A stretch of 64,000 nt of DNA from assembly GCA_026936335.1 (NCBI GenBank), contig JAPMXV010000040.1, positions 62,001 through 126,000 on the forward strand, read 5' to 3'. Below are positions 24,601-36,143 of the stretch, piece after piece. A model generated the notes under the pieces. It did not search any database. It was not told where the DNA came from and saw nothing but the letters and a program-made list of their open reading frames with translations. The DNA comes from Mantamonas sphyraenae STR306 (taxonomy: Eukaryota; Protista; CRuMs). The number at the start of each line of letters is the position of its first letter. Position 1 is the first letter of the stretch. Both the position numbers and the translations under genes were made by a program.

Positions 24601-26469
24601 GTGCTGCCGCGTGTGGTGGAAGAAGTTGTGGAAGAACTCCTGGGTGTTGAGTATGCCCATTTTCCACGCCTGGATCTGGAGGAGGTGCATGCAATGTCTC
24701 AGCCTTCGTCGCCGTTGCTGTTTGTGCATAGCGCAGGCACGGACATCCGACGGTCACTGATGGGCTTTGCACGTGAGGAAGGGATGGAAACGCGACTGGA
24801 GGTGTTGTCCTTGGGTCAAGACCAAGGACCGATTGCACAGGACCTGGTGCGACAGAGCATGAAGAATGGCAACTGGGTGCTGTTGCAGAACTGCCATCTG
24901 GACATGTCGTGGATGCCAACGCTCACGGCCCTGGTTGACCAGATGCAAATGCCCACGAATCTTCTGCACGGTGACTTTCGGCTGTGGCTGAGCACACGTC
25001 CACACGACGAGTTTCCAGGTGGGATTCTGCGGCATGCGGTGGTGCTGACGATGGAAGGGGCACACAGCGTCAAGGCGCAGCTGCTGGACGTGTATGCACA
25101 AATGGACGAGGAGGAGTTTGAAGGCAGTGGAAAGCATGCGCGTGTATGGAAGCAGATGTTGTTTGGACTGTGTGTGTTTGAAGCTGCCGTGGAGCAACGC
25201 AAGCGCTTCGGCAGGCTAGGCTGGTCGCAGCTGTACGAATTCAACGCGTATGACCGCACCATGGCCACGCGTTTGCTTCAGCGTGCAGTGAACGAAGGTG
25301 TGGAGATGGACTGGGAGGCGTTGCAGGTGATGATCGGGGACGTGATCTACGGCGGACGCGTGACGAACGAGTGGGACGAACGCATCCTGCGTGCTCTGCT
25401 CAGACGATACCTGAACAAACACACGGCGGAAGAAGGGGAGGAAGGGACGCTGGAGACACCTGGAAATGCTTCGCTGGGCGAGTACGTTTCATTCATCCAG
25501 ACGCTGCCAGACCGAGACGAGGTGGATGTATTTGGACTATACCCAGAGGCGCAGCAGAGCGTGGATGAAGTGGAGAGCAGTGGCATCATGGCCAAGCTGT
25601 TGGGGATGCGTAGCCAGGCTGTGGATGAGGATTCGCACGCAAAGCAGCGCAGTGAGGTGCTGCAGACGGTGGAAGGGTTGCGTTCGACGCTCCCCGGGCT
25701 GTTGGACCTGGAACAGTCGCACGGGGATTTGTGGGAAGTGGACGAGGATGGACGGTACGATCCGCTGTCGCTGTTCCTGGCCCAGGAGGTGGAGCGGTTC
25801 AACACACTGCTGGAACAGATGTACGCGAGTCTGGACGAAATGGAACAGTACCTGGTGGGAGCCGGAGCAGGCACGGCGGCGTGGAAGGAGGAAATGTTTG
25901 AGGCACTGCTGCTGGGACGTGTGCCCAGACGATGGCAAGAGGTGGCGTACACCAGCGAGCTGTCGCTTGCGCCATGGTGCACCGACCTGCAGCAACGCGT
26001 GCAGTGGGTGCAACGATGGCTGCGCCAGGGCCACTTGAACGCCTTCTGGGCTGGTGGACTGTTTGACGTGAGCGGGTTTGCATCGGCGGTGAAGCAGCAC
26101 GAGGCGCGTGCGCTCAAGGTGCCCATCAACCAGCTGTTGTTCCGGTGCGACTTTATGGAAGAGGATGAGACGCATGTGTTCCGTGCGGCCAACAGGGGTG
26201 TGTATGTGTATGGATTGTGGCTGGAGGGAGGCGGATGGAGCAGGCGAGAGCGAGTGCTGGACGACGGCAGTTCCGCACGCATGCCTGTGCTTTGGCTGCG
26301 TACGGTGCCTCGCAGTGAAAAGGAGGTGCGTGCTGACGCGCTGGTGTTGCCTCTGTACGAGACCCGTGCGCGCAAACGCAGCGTGTTGGAGGTGGAGGTG
26401 GGACTGCGCGAGGACGACTCGCCCGATCGCTGGGTGCTCCGCGGCGTGTGTTTGCTGGTGGGACAGTGA
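12683..26469 (+). CDS. DNAH6: Axonemal inner-arm dynein heavy chain, DNAH6-like (4564 aa); intron 14877-14968
   Basis: FPRLYFLSNEEL, YEYLG..GRLVITPLTDRCY, GPAGTGKTET, CFDEFNR, TMNPGYAGRSELPDNLK, HYDFGLR, stalk coiled coil with MTBD, RWPLLIDPQGQ, GNWVLLQNCHL. The tail motifs YYTMSRDGV and WLREY suggest the DNAH6 class; the subfamily is less certain than the family. Confidence 0.95.
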
Positions 26470-26539
26470 AAGCGGGAACAGGAGAGGAGGGGGGGGTATA
26501 CACTATGCACAGAAAGGAAATGGAAACTTGGGCTGTTCG

Positions 26540-27047
26540 TCATCCGCCGTGGAGTGTGGACAGGAAGACCACGGTGTCTTTGTCTTCGAGCTCGGCGTCG
26601 AGTCCGCCAGCCACCTCGTAGTCGACGTCGTTGATGAGCACGAGAATGCCTGGGCGACTGAGCAAGGGGGAAAAGGTGAAGCGTGAACAAGCAGGACCGG
26701 GTGAGTTTGTGTGTTCAGCAGCGAGGGCAAGGGGCGAGGGTGGCAAAACGCACAGGGTGTCGCTCTGAATGAAAAAGTCCTCGCGCTTGGTAACCAGGGA
26801 GCGCAGGTGCTGCACGAGCTGGGACACAGTCAGGACGCCGTCTTGCTGCGTTGGTACATCCAGGGTGTGCTTCTTGACATCGTCAAAGCACAGCTCGAGG
26901 CCCGCCCTTGGGGAAGAGGGATGGCGAAGGAGGGGAGTCAGGATGGATTTGATTCCAAGGAAAGTGGGAGAAGAGAAGGGACATGGACAAGGCGGGCAAA
27001 ACAACTCACTGGAACTCGACATGGATGGTGAGTGTGGAAGAGCTCAT
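26540..27047 (-). CDS. URM1: Ubiquitin-related modifier 1; two introns (second at 26658-26753)
   Basis: Spliced IHVEFQAGLELCF...LRPGILVLINDVDYEV...VVFLSTLHGG-stop. Confidence 0.93.
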
Positions 27048-27095
27048 TGGTTTTGTTGGTGGATGATGAATGTGGGAATTGTGTTGTTATGCGTG

Positions 27096-28825
27096 TCAAC
27101 GGGCGGCACTGTTCCCTGTGGTGCTGTTGCTGCCACTGTGCACACTCGTTGTTCCATGCAGGGCCTTGAGTTCGTCGTTGTGGCGACTAAACTCGCGTGC
27201 AATGCTCTCTGCCGCATAGTCCTCCCAGACGGCGAGGGTGCTGACGTTGTGTGCCGAGGTGAGGTGCCACCAACGCACAAGGCCACGCAGCAGCACACAG
27301 ACCCGAGTGAGCATGACCCACTCTTCAGGGACATCGGTGCCATCCAAGGGATCGGGATCAGAGTGGAGTTCGGGCCATTCCTCCTCGTCAATGGGTACGG
27401 TGTCAAACAACTTGACCAGGGCAAACACATGCCTGCGACGCCACTGCTCATCTGTCTCTGCCTTGCGTCGCTTCAACTTCATGCCAGCCGTCTCCATGAG
27501 CTCGGTGACTTTGGTTGGGTTGCGCTTGGAGGTCCAGAGGACGAGGCGGGCGAGGAGAAGGCGTTCGTTGTGGCTGAGTTCACAGGTCTGGCCAAAGTCC
27601 AGGGCAGCCACACGGCCATCCTCCAACACCTGAAAGTTGGCCATGTGTGGATCGGTGTTGAACAGACCATGCAGGAAGATACAATGGCCGTACATGCCAA
27701 ACACAGCTCGCAGTTTGCTGGCAATCTGTTCTTTGCTCTTGCCCACCGCCCATTGGCGCAGCGGCAGACCATCCACAAACTCCATCACAAAGAGAAACTT
27801 GGTCACCAGATCCTCGTAGACTCGGGGCACCAGCACAGCCTCCTGCACGCTGCTCTGCATCACTTCGTGGCGGATCAACGCCTGGTTACGCGCCTCCAAC
27901 TCGAAGTCAAACTCCCGTGCAATGGCATGCTGGTATTTGAGAAACATGCGGTCCATCGACGGCGATGCCCAATGGTTGAACAAGCGGATGTTCTCCACGT
28001 CGGTTTGGAAGGCACTCTGTGTGAACGGCGGCAGGCGGCAAACGCCGAGAGGGTGAGGCAGAGGGTGAGGACGACACGCAGGAACCAACCACGGAACAGG
28101 ACACACACACACACACACACACACAATCTTCGTGGCATGGATGATTGCACACGCACACAAAAGGAAGCCACAGCAGAATAAACAGTAAGAAAGCAGTGTG
28201 CTGGGAGCATGGAGGGGACCCTTACCTGGATGTCGGGCAGTTGCAGCTTGAGGACGACGTCGGAACCGTCACGGAGGACGGCACGGTGAACCTGGGACAC
28301 AGAGGCAGAAGCAAGGGGTGTCATGTCGATGTGTTCAAACACTCGGTCGTCGTCAAACTCTTTGACGGCAGCATCGATGGTGCTCTGCACCTGTTCACTC
28401 TCGAGACGAGGCAGATCGTCCAAGAGATCGTTCAGGGCCTGGGCATACTCCTGGGGCAGCTCGTTTCCACGCGCACCATACACCTGTGCATACTTGACAA
28501 ACAGCCCCTGCATGTCCACAGCCATCTCGGCCACCTCGGGGGCATACTGCTCATGCAGGTACGTCCACGAGTCGTTGCCCACTCGGCCCTTGGCCACACG
28601 CCGTTCGTTCCACTTGTAGGCACCCAGCAGAGGAAGCATGGTGCTCCAGAAGCGCCATGTGCGTTGTGTGCTCTGACTGCTGAGCATAAACACCAGTCCG
28701 CCTGCACCCAGGCCTGTGAGCAGCTGGGCGGCCGCGGGCCACTCGCCAATCTCCTCGCCTGCTCGTTTCACCGGCGCAAGCACATCCTCCAGGCTCACTC
28801 CTTCCGGTTGGGTTAGCTTTGACAT
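27096..28825 (-). CDS. ABC1/UbiB (ADCK) atypical kinase; intron 28017-28225
   Basis: GLFVKYAQ, PLASASVSQVHRA, VVLKLQ.P, REFDFELEARN, MEFVDG, FNTDPHMANF, LDFGQT. Confidence 0.9.
28100..28125. repeat. (AC)n microsatellite in the ABC1 intron
   Basis: Directly visible. Confidence 0.95.
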
Positions 28826-28928
28826 GCTTCTTCGGATGGGATGTTGTGTGATTGCTTGCAGGGGGTGGGGCAGGCACCTGGTCCCAGGCCACGCCTTCCC
28901 CCCCCACTCCCAACACAACCTCGTCTGG

Positions 28929-29534
28929 ATGGCCTCCTCTTCCGGCAATGCTGCGGATGCCACCGCTACGGGGACGTTGCAGGAAATGAGTCGGGAGGAG
29001 CGCATTTTGTACGAGTTGAATGCCATCAACGAGCTGACGGCGCTGATGTGAGTGCTTTCGCGCGCGGTGAGCAGCCTGAAGGGCGGTGCAGAGGGGGAAG
29101 AAGGGTGGACAGTGTGTGTGGAGGTGGGAAAGAGGTGGTTGCACTGGCGCAAAAGGGTGTGGGTGGACATGGGAACAAGGGAGCTGACACATGAGGTGAC
29201 ACGCGTGACGTGTGTGCTGCGTGTGGGCTGGTTGGTGATCAGCAACGACCGCCTGGTCTATCTGAACGACTACACGGCGGTGGCCAAGGCTGGTGCGATG
29301 GACATTGAAACACAGAAAAGGAAAATGGAGGCGGAAGAGGAGGAGGCGGAAGAGGAAGAGGAAGAGCAGCAGCGGTTTGGCGCGCAGGGATTCAAGAACG
29401 AAACGGCGGCATCGTTGGCCAAGCTGAAGGCCAGCCAGGACGCAAGGGGAGGCCCATTGTATCAAAGCCAGCAGGAGGCCCTGGCATCATTGCAGGTGTG
29501 GAAACAGCTGTTTGCAGCGGCAGGGAGCGAATGA
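28929..29534 (+). CDS. Small acidic helical hypothetical protein, possibly prefoldin beta/ASDURF-like; intron 29048-29242
   Basis: The GTGAGT...TCAG intron joins two coding-like segments: REERILYELNAINELTALINDRLVYLND... Confidence 0.55.
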
Positions 29535-29560
29535 ACAGGGGGTGCAGAGGTTGCATCTTT

Positions 29561-31393
29561 TCATTTGCGAGCGCGTTGCACAAGCGAGCGACGAGGCAGC
29601 TGCAGAGCCCTGCGTTCGGGAGCAGGATTGCCCTGGGCCGTGGAGTAGAGCAGAGTGGCCGTGTCATTGTCCAGGCCGTAGAGGTGGAGGCGTTGCTGAG
29701 CAGCCTGGGACAGGGGACGCACATGATCATCCTTGACAAGGGTGCGTTCTGCTTGGTTGCGCACACTGGCCACTGCCCGTTCTCTCTCCCTTTCTCGCAC
29801 CTGATCGTGGTACAGTGCCAGTCGAGAGGCATTCTGGCGAGCCAGGAGGGTGTTACCGATGGAGAACCCGTTGGCCGGACCCCATTGGGCACCCTCGTCA
29901 AAGTTGCTGGCCACCTCTGCGGCGCTGTCCTTGCTTCGGTTGTCCTTGCGTGTCTGCCACTCTGTGTGCACCAATTCCATGTAGCGCACCATACGCGAGG
30001 CAATCCACTCGTCGTTGCTGTGCCACAGGTCTGCGGGTGTCGTTCGAGGCCCAAATGCATGCTGATCCAACGCAGGAAGGGCCCAAGCCAACTGTTGACG
30101 CGTCTGTGCACTCACGCCCGTGTTGTGCAATCCCAGAAACTCCAGAGCTGTCCATCGTGGGCAGTGCAGGTCGTTGGCTTTGCGCAGCGTTTGCAGCACA
30201 CGTTGCATGGCTTCGTTGCTGACGCTGGGGCTGCCACTGAGATCCAAATGGGTGAGCATGGCCAGTGTGGTCAGTGCCACGAGAGTGTCGTAGGACACAG
30301 CCACGTCAGTCAGGTCCAGAAACCGAAGCCGCTCAAAGTGGATGAGCCGCTGCGTCCACCCTTCGTCCAGATGCTCCAAACGCAGGTGGGTCACTGTCTG
30401 AGGGATGGCCCCCAGCACCAGGTTGGAATGGCCCAGCAGGCTGAGTCTGTGGATGGGCAGTGTGTGGAGACCTGCAAGCACATCCGTGCTGGCTGCCTCC
30501 ACGCACAGCTCCGCTGCGTGGTTCCACGACGACGCCACGCTAATGTACGCTCGCAGACATGCCAACACGGTGGAAGAGTTGCGTGTGAGGGCGTCACCAC
30601 GACGAGCCACAAGTTGCAACTGCACTGGGTTGTGCTGAAAGACAAAAAACACGCGTGGATCGATGGCCTCCACATGCTCACTCAATGTGTGCACACACAA
30701 GTCACGCAAGGACCACAGCTGACTGGCCATGCGAGGACCCACACAGCTGCGTTGTGTGTTCACCACCCGCTGTCGTTTGAGACCAACACCTGCTTCCAAC
30801 ACCTCGTCTTCACTTCCCACTTCATCCAGCGGTCGTTTGACCCGCTGTGTGTTGAGATCCAACGTGGTTCCGTCGGACAATCGCACCTCGTTTGCACCCG
30901 GTCTGCGATTCAGTTTGGCCACACGCCGCTGTGCGTGACGTGCCAGCTGCTCCTTCTTTCGCCTATCCTCCTCACTCCCGGTCCCTCTCCTATGACCCAC
31001 ACTGCCCTGTGTGCCACCACTGAGCCCCACATTGGCCGTGCTGTGTGTGCGCTTCCCACTGGCATGCCGTTGGCGCTGGCGCCGTTTCGCCTGATCACTG
31101 CTCGAGTTCATCGCTGCCTTGGCCCTTGCCATTCGCTCTTTGAGGGACGTTTGCCCCTGTTGCCGTGGCAGAGTGGCTGTTGGAGGCATGGCCCCACCCA
31201 TTCCCATTGCATCCTGCACCGCCTGCGATGCCAGCCGTCCCACCAGCGCGTTTGTTGCGTCCCGCTCGGTGAATCTCTTCTTCCGCCGCTGCTTCTGTCT
31301 GAACAGTGCAAGCACAGACGAGTCGACACTCACGTCTTCGTCTTTGTCGCCTGTGTCCAGCATCAGGAACCCCTGCGGGCCATTCCCATCCAT
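29561..31393 (-). CDS. Leucine-rich-repeat protein with a candidate Elongin BC-box
   Basis: Long ORF with a basic disordered N-half, SLRDLCVHTL, and LRRs (LRFLDLTDVAVS, LTHLDLSGSPSVS, LEFLGLHNTGVS). Start codon uncertain. Confidence 0.7.
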   Translation of the reverse strand: MDGNGPQGFLMLDTGDKDEDVSVDSSVLALFRQKQRRKKRFTERDATNALVGRLASQAVQDAMGMGGAMPPTATLPRQQGQTSLKERMARAKAAMNSSSDQAKRRQRQRHASGKRTHSTANVGLSGGTQGSVGHRRGTGSEEDRRKKEQLARHAQRRVAKLNRRPGANEVRLSDGTTLDLNTQRVKRPLDEVGSEDEVLEAGVGLKRQRVVNTQRSCVGPRMASQLWSLRDLCVHTLSEHVEAIDPRVFFVFQHNPVQLQLVARRGDALTRNSSTVLACLRAYISVASSWNHAAELCVEAASTDVLAGLHTLPIHRLSLLGHSNLVLGAIPQTVTHLRLEHLDEGWTQRLIHFERLRFLDLTDVAVSYDTLVALTTLAMLTHLDLSGSPSVSNEAMQRVLQTLRKANDLHCPRWTALEFLGLHNTGVSAQTRQQLAWALPALDQHAFGPRTTPADLWHSNDEWIASRMVRYMELVHTEWQTRKDNRSKDSAAEVASNFDEGAQWGPANGFSIGNTLLARQNASRLALYHDQVRERERERAVASVRNQAERTLVKDDHVRPLSQAAQQRLHLYGLDNDTATLLYSTAQGNPAPERRALQLPRRSLVQRARK

Positions 31394-31493
31394 GGGTGTG
31401 TTCGAACGATGTTTTGTTTCTGCCCTCGCCCCATTCACCCACTCATCCACTCATCCACCGCACACCAAAGTGCCCCGTGGGAACACCCCAGCA

Positions 31494-32467
31494 TCATTCC
31501 TCCACGTCCACCTGTTCCCCACTTGTGAGCTCTTCCTCCTGGACTGCAAACCCTTCGAGAAACTGACGCTCCAGATCGTGGAGCTCACCCAGCACAATGA
31601 GTGAGTGCAAGGGTTCACCCATGTCCACCCTGGCCAGCTGTTCCAGTGATCCAAAGCGGATCTTTTGGTCGTACTGACCAACACGTGCGACGCCCACAGC
31701 AAGCGACTCGGGTGTGCAAATGCCCAGCTCCTTCTTCTCTTCGATGGCCATCAGCTGGGTGGCCGCCTGAGCCACACTCATGAACCGTGGTGGCTCGTAT
31801 TCTTTGATTTTGCCTCCACTGGCCAGCGAACGCACGGTCTGTTCCTTGACGCGGATGTCCAGCAGGCACAACGTGTGCAAACCCAGATCTGCATTGCCCT
31901 TGATCTTGTCATAGTAGCTGTCTGGTGTCCACGTGTCTGTCCACAGCACCACGCTGATCTGCGGGTGGCGGATCATCCACGTCACGCGGGTAAGGGACGC
32001 CACAACACATGCGAAGGGAGGTCAGTCAAGAATCCCTTGCCACTCTCCGTCTCCCTGTTCTCCTCCTGTCTCCAACTCACCGCCTCCCCAAACCTGTACA
32101 GACTGAGACCCGTGCAGCCGATGGCATTCATGATGGATGCATTGTGGATGACTTGCACCTCCACGCCCAGCTCGCGTGCACGCAGCACCAAATCCGCGTG
32201 CGTCGTGGCTCCAAATGGGTCGCCCACCACCAGCAGTGCTGCCGTGCCCTTCTCTGCCGCCTCCAGAATCTCATCCGCCGTTTCCACCATCTCTCGGTCT
32301 GCCACCACGATGGGAGAGCCGTAAAACTCTTCCAGAGCCTCCTGCCCTTCCGCCAGCAGCGACGTGTACCCTTCCAGGAAGACCTTGTCACACGACTTGA
32401 CCGCCTCCAGGCCTTTGACGGTGATATCCTTGTGGTCGCCCAATCCCAGGCCAATCAGATACAGCAT
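31494..32467 (-). CDS. DPH5: Diphthine methyl ester synthase; intron 31959-32080
   Basis: [75 protein letters not shown]. Confidence 0.97.
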
Positions 32468-32530
32468 CGTGGTTGTTTGGCGATTGTTGGTGGCCCGGTC
32501 GCGTTTGCCCAGCCAACCCGATCCCAGCGA

Positions 32531-33076
32531 ATGAGTGCCGAAGCGCTGTGCACCGCATTGGACTCGCTGGACGGCGATTCCGTAAAGAGTGCTGCTAACC
32601 AAGTGTTGAGTTTGGAGACGGAGGCTCTGCAGGAGGTTGTGGAGCAGCTTGTCGGCGAACAAGCCTTTTTGCTTGCGCTTGCCCGCTGGATGAGCTCCTC
32701 CGAGACGGCTGGCACGGTAGGTTGAAGGGGCACCCGTGCGACGGGTGTGTGTGCTGGGTGTGTTGTGTGTGCTGGGTGTGTGGATGGGTGGGGGGAAGGG
32801 GGGGAGAGTGCCGGGTGTGCGTGGGTGTGCGTGTGCCCCGTGTTGGAAAAGTCCCTGAGCTGACGATCCCTCTCCCTTTTGCACCCGCCCGTTCCACAGC
32901 GCAAGGATCCCGTGTGCAAGTTTCTGTTTGATCTCTTCCATCTCAAGGTCGAACGTGTACAGTTGCTGGTTGTTGAGTCTCTGCCGGTGCTGCTGTGGCA
33001 CTTTATGTGGCAAGCTAGCAATGCGGACACGGTGCTCGTCGGTGCGTTTGCCTTTTGCTTCGTCCCGTGATGCATG

Positions 33077-33117
<41 letters not shown>

Positions 33118-34161
33118 TGTATCTGCGCTTGTACACCTGTCCACTGACACAACCATGTACCCACGCCGCGTTCAGGCGTGGAAGCCGTGCTGGGGGCGTT
33201 GTTTGGCGAGGAAGTCAAGGCTGTATCGCGTGCTGGACAGGAGCAACAAGTGCTGCTGCCCTCGTTGGACAAGGCCAGTGTGTACCACAGCACAAGCGAC
33301 CTTGGCACTCGCACACAGTCGCTGACGACAGGAGTGCTGCGCGAGTACAACCTGAGCAAACAGGATCTGGTGCTGCACAGGTCGCCGCAGATGGATGGCG
33401 AGAACATCGACCGGTCACGGGACACACAACGCATGGCACTGGTGGCAGTGGCTTTGCGTCGTTATGCGGTGCACCTGGATGCCGTGTCGCTGGCCTCGCG
33501 TGTCTTTCTCTGCAATCTGACCACACGCGTGCTCCAGCTGGGGTTCCGCTGGACACAGGCCGACCTCGATGAGTTTGCCGAAATGGCATCCGATGTCCAA
33601 CTGAGTGTGCTCTCTGTCATGGAAGACGGCGCTGAGGACCAGGCGGCCGACTTGCAGGAACAGATTGTGCCTCTGTTTGGCCTTCAGGCGGCGTTTGTGC
33701 ACCGCAAGGCCCAAAGTCTCACCGAACCGCCGCAACTCAGCACAGCGTTGAGTTTCATCAGCTCAGGCTCGTTCAGCAACGACATCAGCAGCGACGGTGG
33801 CTCGTCGCGCAGCAAGAGCGCAGAGAAGGAAAGGGAAGCGGGCAACAAACTGGACAATGTGAGTGAGGACGAGGACGAGGATGAGGAGGATGAGGAACAG
33901 GAGGAAGAGGAGGAGCAGGATGAAGAGGACAGCAAGGACACACAGGAAGGCGAAGAAGAAGACGCCGCCTCGCAGTACACGCCTGTGGTCATTCCAGACA
34001 CGACGCTGATTGAGTTTGTGCCCATCCTCACGTACTGTCTGGCACGTCGCTCCACACGGGCAATGGCCTCAGAGGCACTCAAGCGGCTCAAGCTGCGAGC
34101 AGCTGTCGACGGGTATCCGGACAGCATGCTGGCAGCCCTGTGCATGTTCAAGAGTGGGTGA
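32531..34161 (+). CDS. FAM126: Hyccin/FAM126 (PI4KIIIalpha complex subunit); introns 32717-32899, 33042-33175
   Basis: [30 protein letters not shown] and [11 protein letters not shown] match the hyccin motif PSLSKPSVYH. Confidence 0.8.
33080..33114. repeat. (CA)n microsatellite in hyccin intron 2
   Basis: Directly visible. Confidence 0.95.
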
Positions 34162-34329
34162 ACAAGGACGACAACGAACAGGAGAGGAGGTAGACAGAGG
34201 GAGGTGAGAGAGGATGGGAGGACCATGGATGATGCATGGACATGTGTTGGCCGTGCATCGCTGCGCACCACAATGCAAGCTGAACTGAATTTTCTCGGAC
34301 CCCTCAGCCACATCAGCAACACGTGACCG

Positions 34330-36105
34330 ATGCGTTCCTTCCACTGTCGCTGCCTTAATGTCAGCGTGCACATCGACAAGGTAGAAGCGTTGAAAGACAG
34401 CGTGTGGATCCAGAATGAGACGAGCATGGAGTCAGCCTTCCGCGGGGAGTTTGCCGTGGGAGGTGCAGCGATGCAACACAAGATGCTTGTGACGTCGCGA
34501 CAAATCCACGGCACCACCTGGATGCTGTGGACATGCAACAACTGCAACATGGACGTGTATGCGTTCAGCACAGAGAACCCGTCGGTGGCCATTGTCAACG
34601 AGGCTCTGGTCAACAGCCAGGAACAGGTGGACAAGCTGCGTGCCACCGACGCATTTTCAGAGCTGTTTCAAATCCTGCTGCCCACAAGCACAGGCAGCTC
34701 GGGTGCGTCGCAGGGCGAGAGCGAAGAGAGCAACCCGGCGCTTCTGCGCAGGTTGCAACGCCAAGTCGACAAGTACATCACAGAGGAGAAGGCCCAGATG
34801 GAGGCTCGCATTGCGTAGGTTGGCATGGATTCGGGCCTGCAGTCTCGTGGATGTGTCCTTTGTGCTGCAGCTGCCCACACGAGCGACGTCATCACCAGGG
34901 AACACGATTCGCATGAGATTGGAAAATTCTGTGATTTTCCAGCCCCAGACTTTTGGGCGAACCCGAGAATGCTGACACGGCACACGCGATACACACACCG
35001 ACACACACACAGAGCGTTTGCAGAGGCGGAGCATGAGAAACTGCGCGCAAGGCAACGCAAGGTGCAAAGCGAGAGTCTGGTGCTGTGGAACAAAATCAAC
35101 CGAGTGACCGCGTCTGTGCTGGGCGATGCACAGCGGCTGGGCATTCTGACGAACCGGGAGGGCGACGCCGGGGCGAATACGTTCCATACGCAGGACGTAG
35201 AGGTGGAGGCCAACACACGGCAGAATGCAGGTGGAGCGGCATCGAGCACCACGAGCTCGACACGTGGTATCGGGCGGGCGCTGGCCGAATCGGCAAAGAA
35301 GGGCGGTGAATCCGCGCGAAAGGAGCGCGCTTTCGGCGAATCGACACCCGGCAAAGCAGGAGGACGCAAGACGCCGACATCGCAACCAGGAAGTCAAGAA
35401 GAAAGCCTGTTGAGCCTGAGCCTGCGATCGCAAAAGGAGAATGAGCGCGCAGAGAGGAGCAGGAGCGTGAGTAACGGGAAGCAGGGGTCGCTGGGAACGG
35501 TCGCGGAAGAAACGGACGACAAGGACGAGCTGGGCGAACTGGACGAGGCGTTTCTGGACAACGACGACGAGCAAGAAGACCTGTTCCAGCTGGATGAGGA
35601 GGAGATGGACAGTGTGGGAGGTGCAGGGAGCGAGGAAAAGTACATTGACGAGCTGGAGGAGCTGGACGACGAGGAACTGCTGGAAGACGAGGAGAGGGAG
35701 TTGGACACGCACGCACGCATCCCCATGAGTATGCCCATGGATGTGCCTCTGATGCGCTACAAGAGCAAGGGAGGCAACAGCAGCACAGTCAAGAGCAGCA
35801 GCGGGGGAGGGGACAACAGCGCAGGCAGCGGCGGTAGTGACACCATCGATGAGCTGCGTGGCCAACAGATGGACTTTAAGCGCAAGCGAAGCAGGTCACA
35901 GGGAAGGAATACGCTGGGCAAGTCGCTGGCGGACCTGCCTGTGCCACAGCTGAAGCCCGAGGAAATCGAAACGGGCTCCTCGCTTTCATTGGCCTCCTTC
36001 CTGGCCGTGGAAGAGGAGAATGCCACAGAGGACGACGCACGATTTTCCAGCACGTTTGCGCGTCCGTCTGGACGGGCCAAGAGCTTTGCCACGTCGTTGA
36101 TGTGA
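34330..36105 (+). CDS. Putative PRAS40/Lobe-like protein; intron 34815-35012
   Basis: N-terminal CRCLNVSVH and CNNC, coiled coil, acidic region with LFQLDEE (TOS-like) followed by IPMSMPMDVP (cf. PRAS40 AKSLPVSVP). The CDS is solid; the identity is tentative. Confidence 0.55.
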
Positions 36106-36143
36106 ATGAAATGGTTGATTCTGCGGCATGCTCAACACACACT

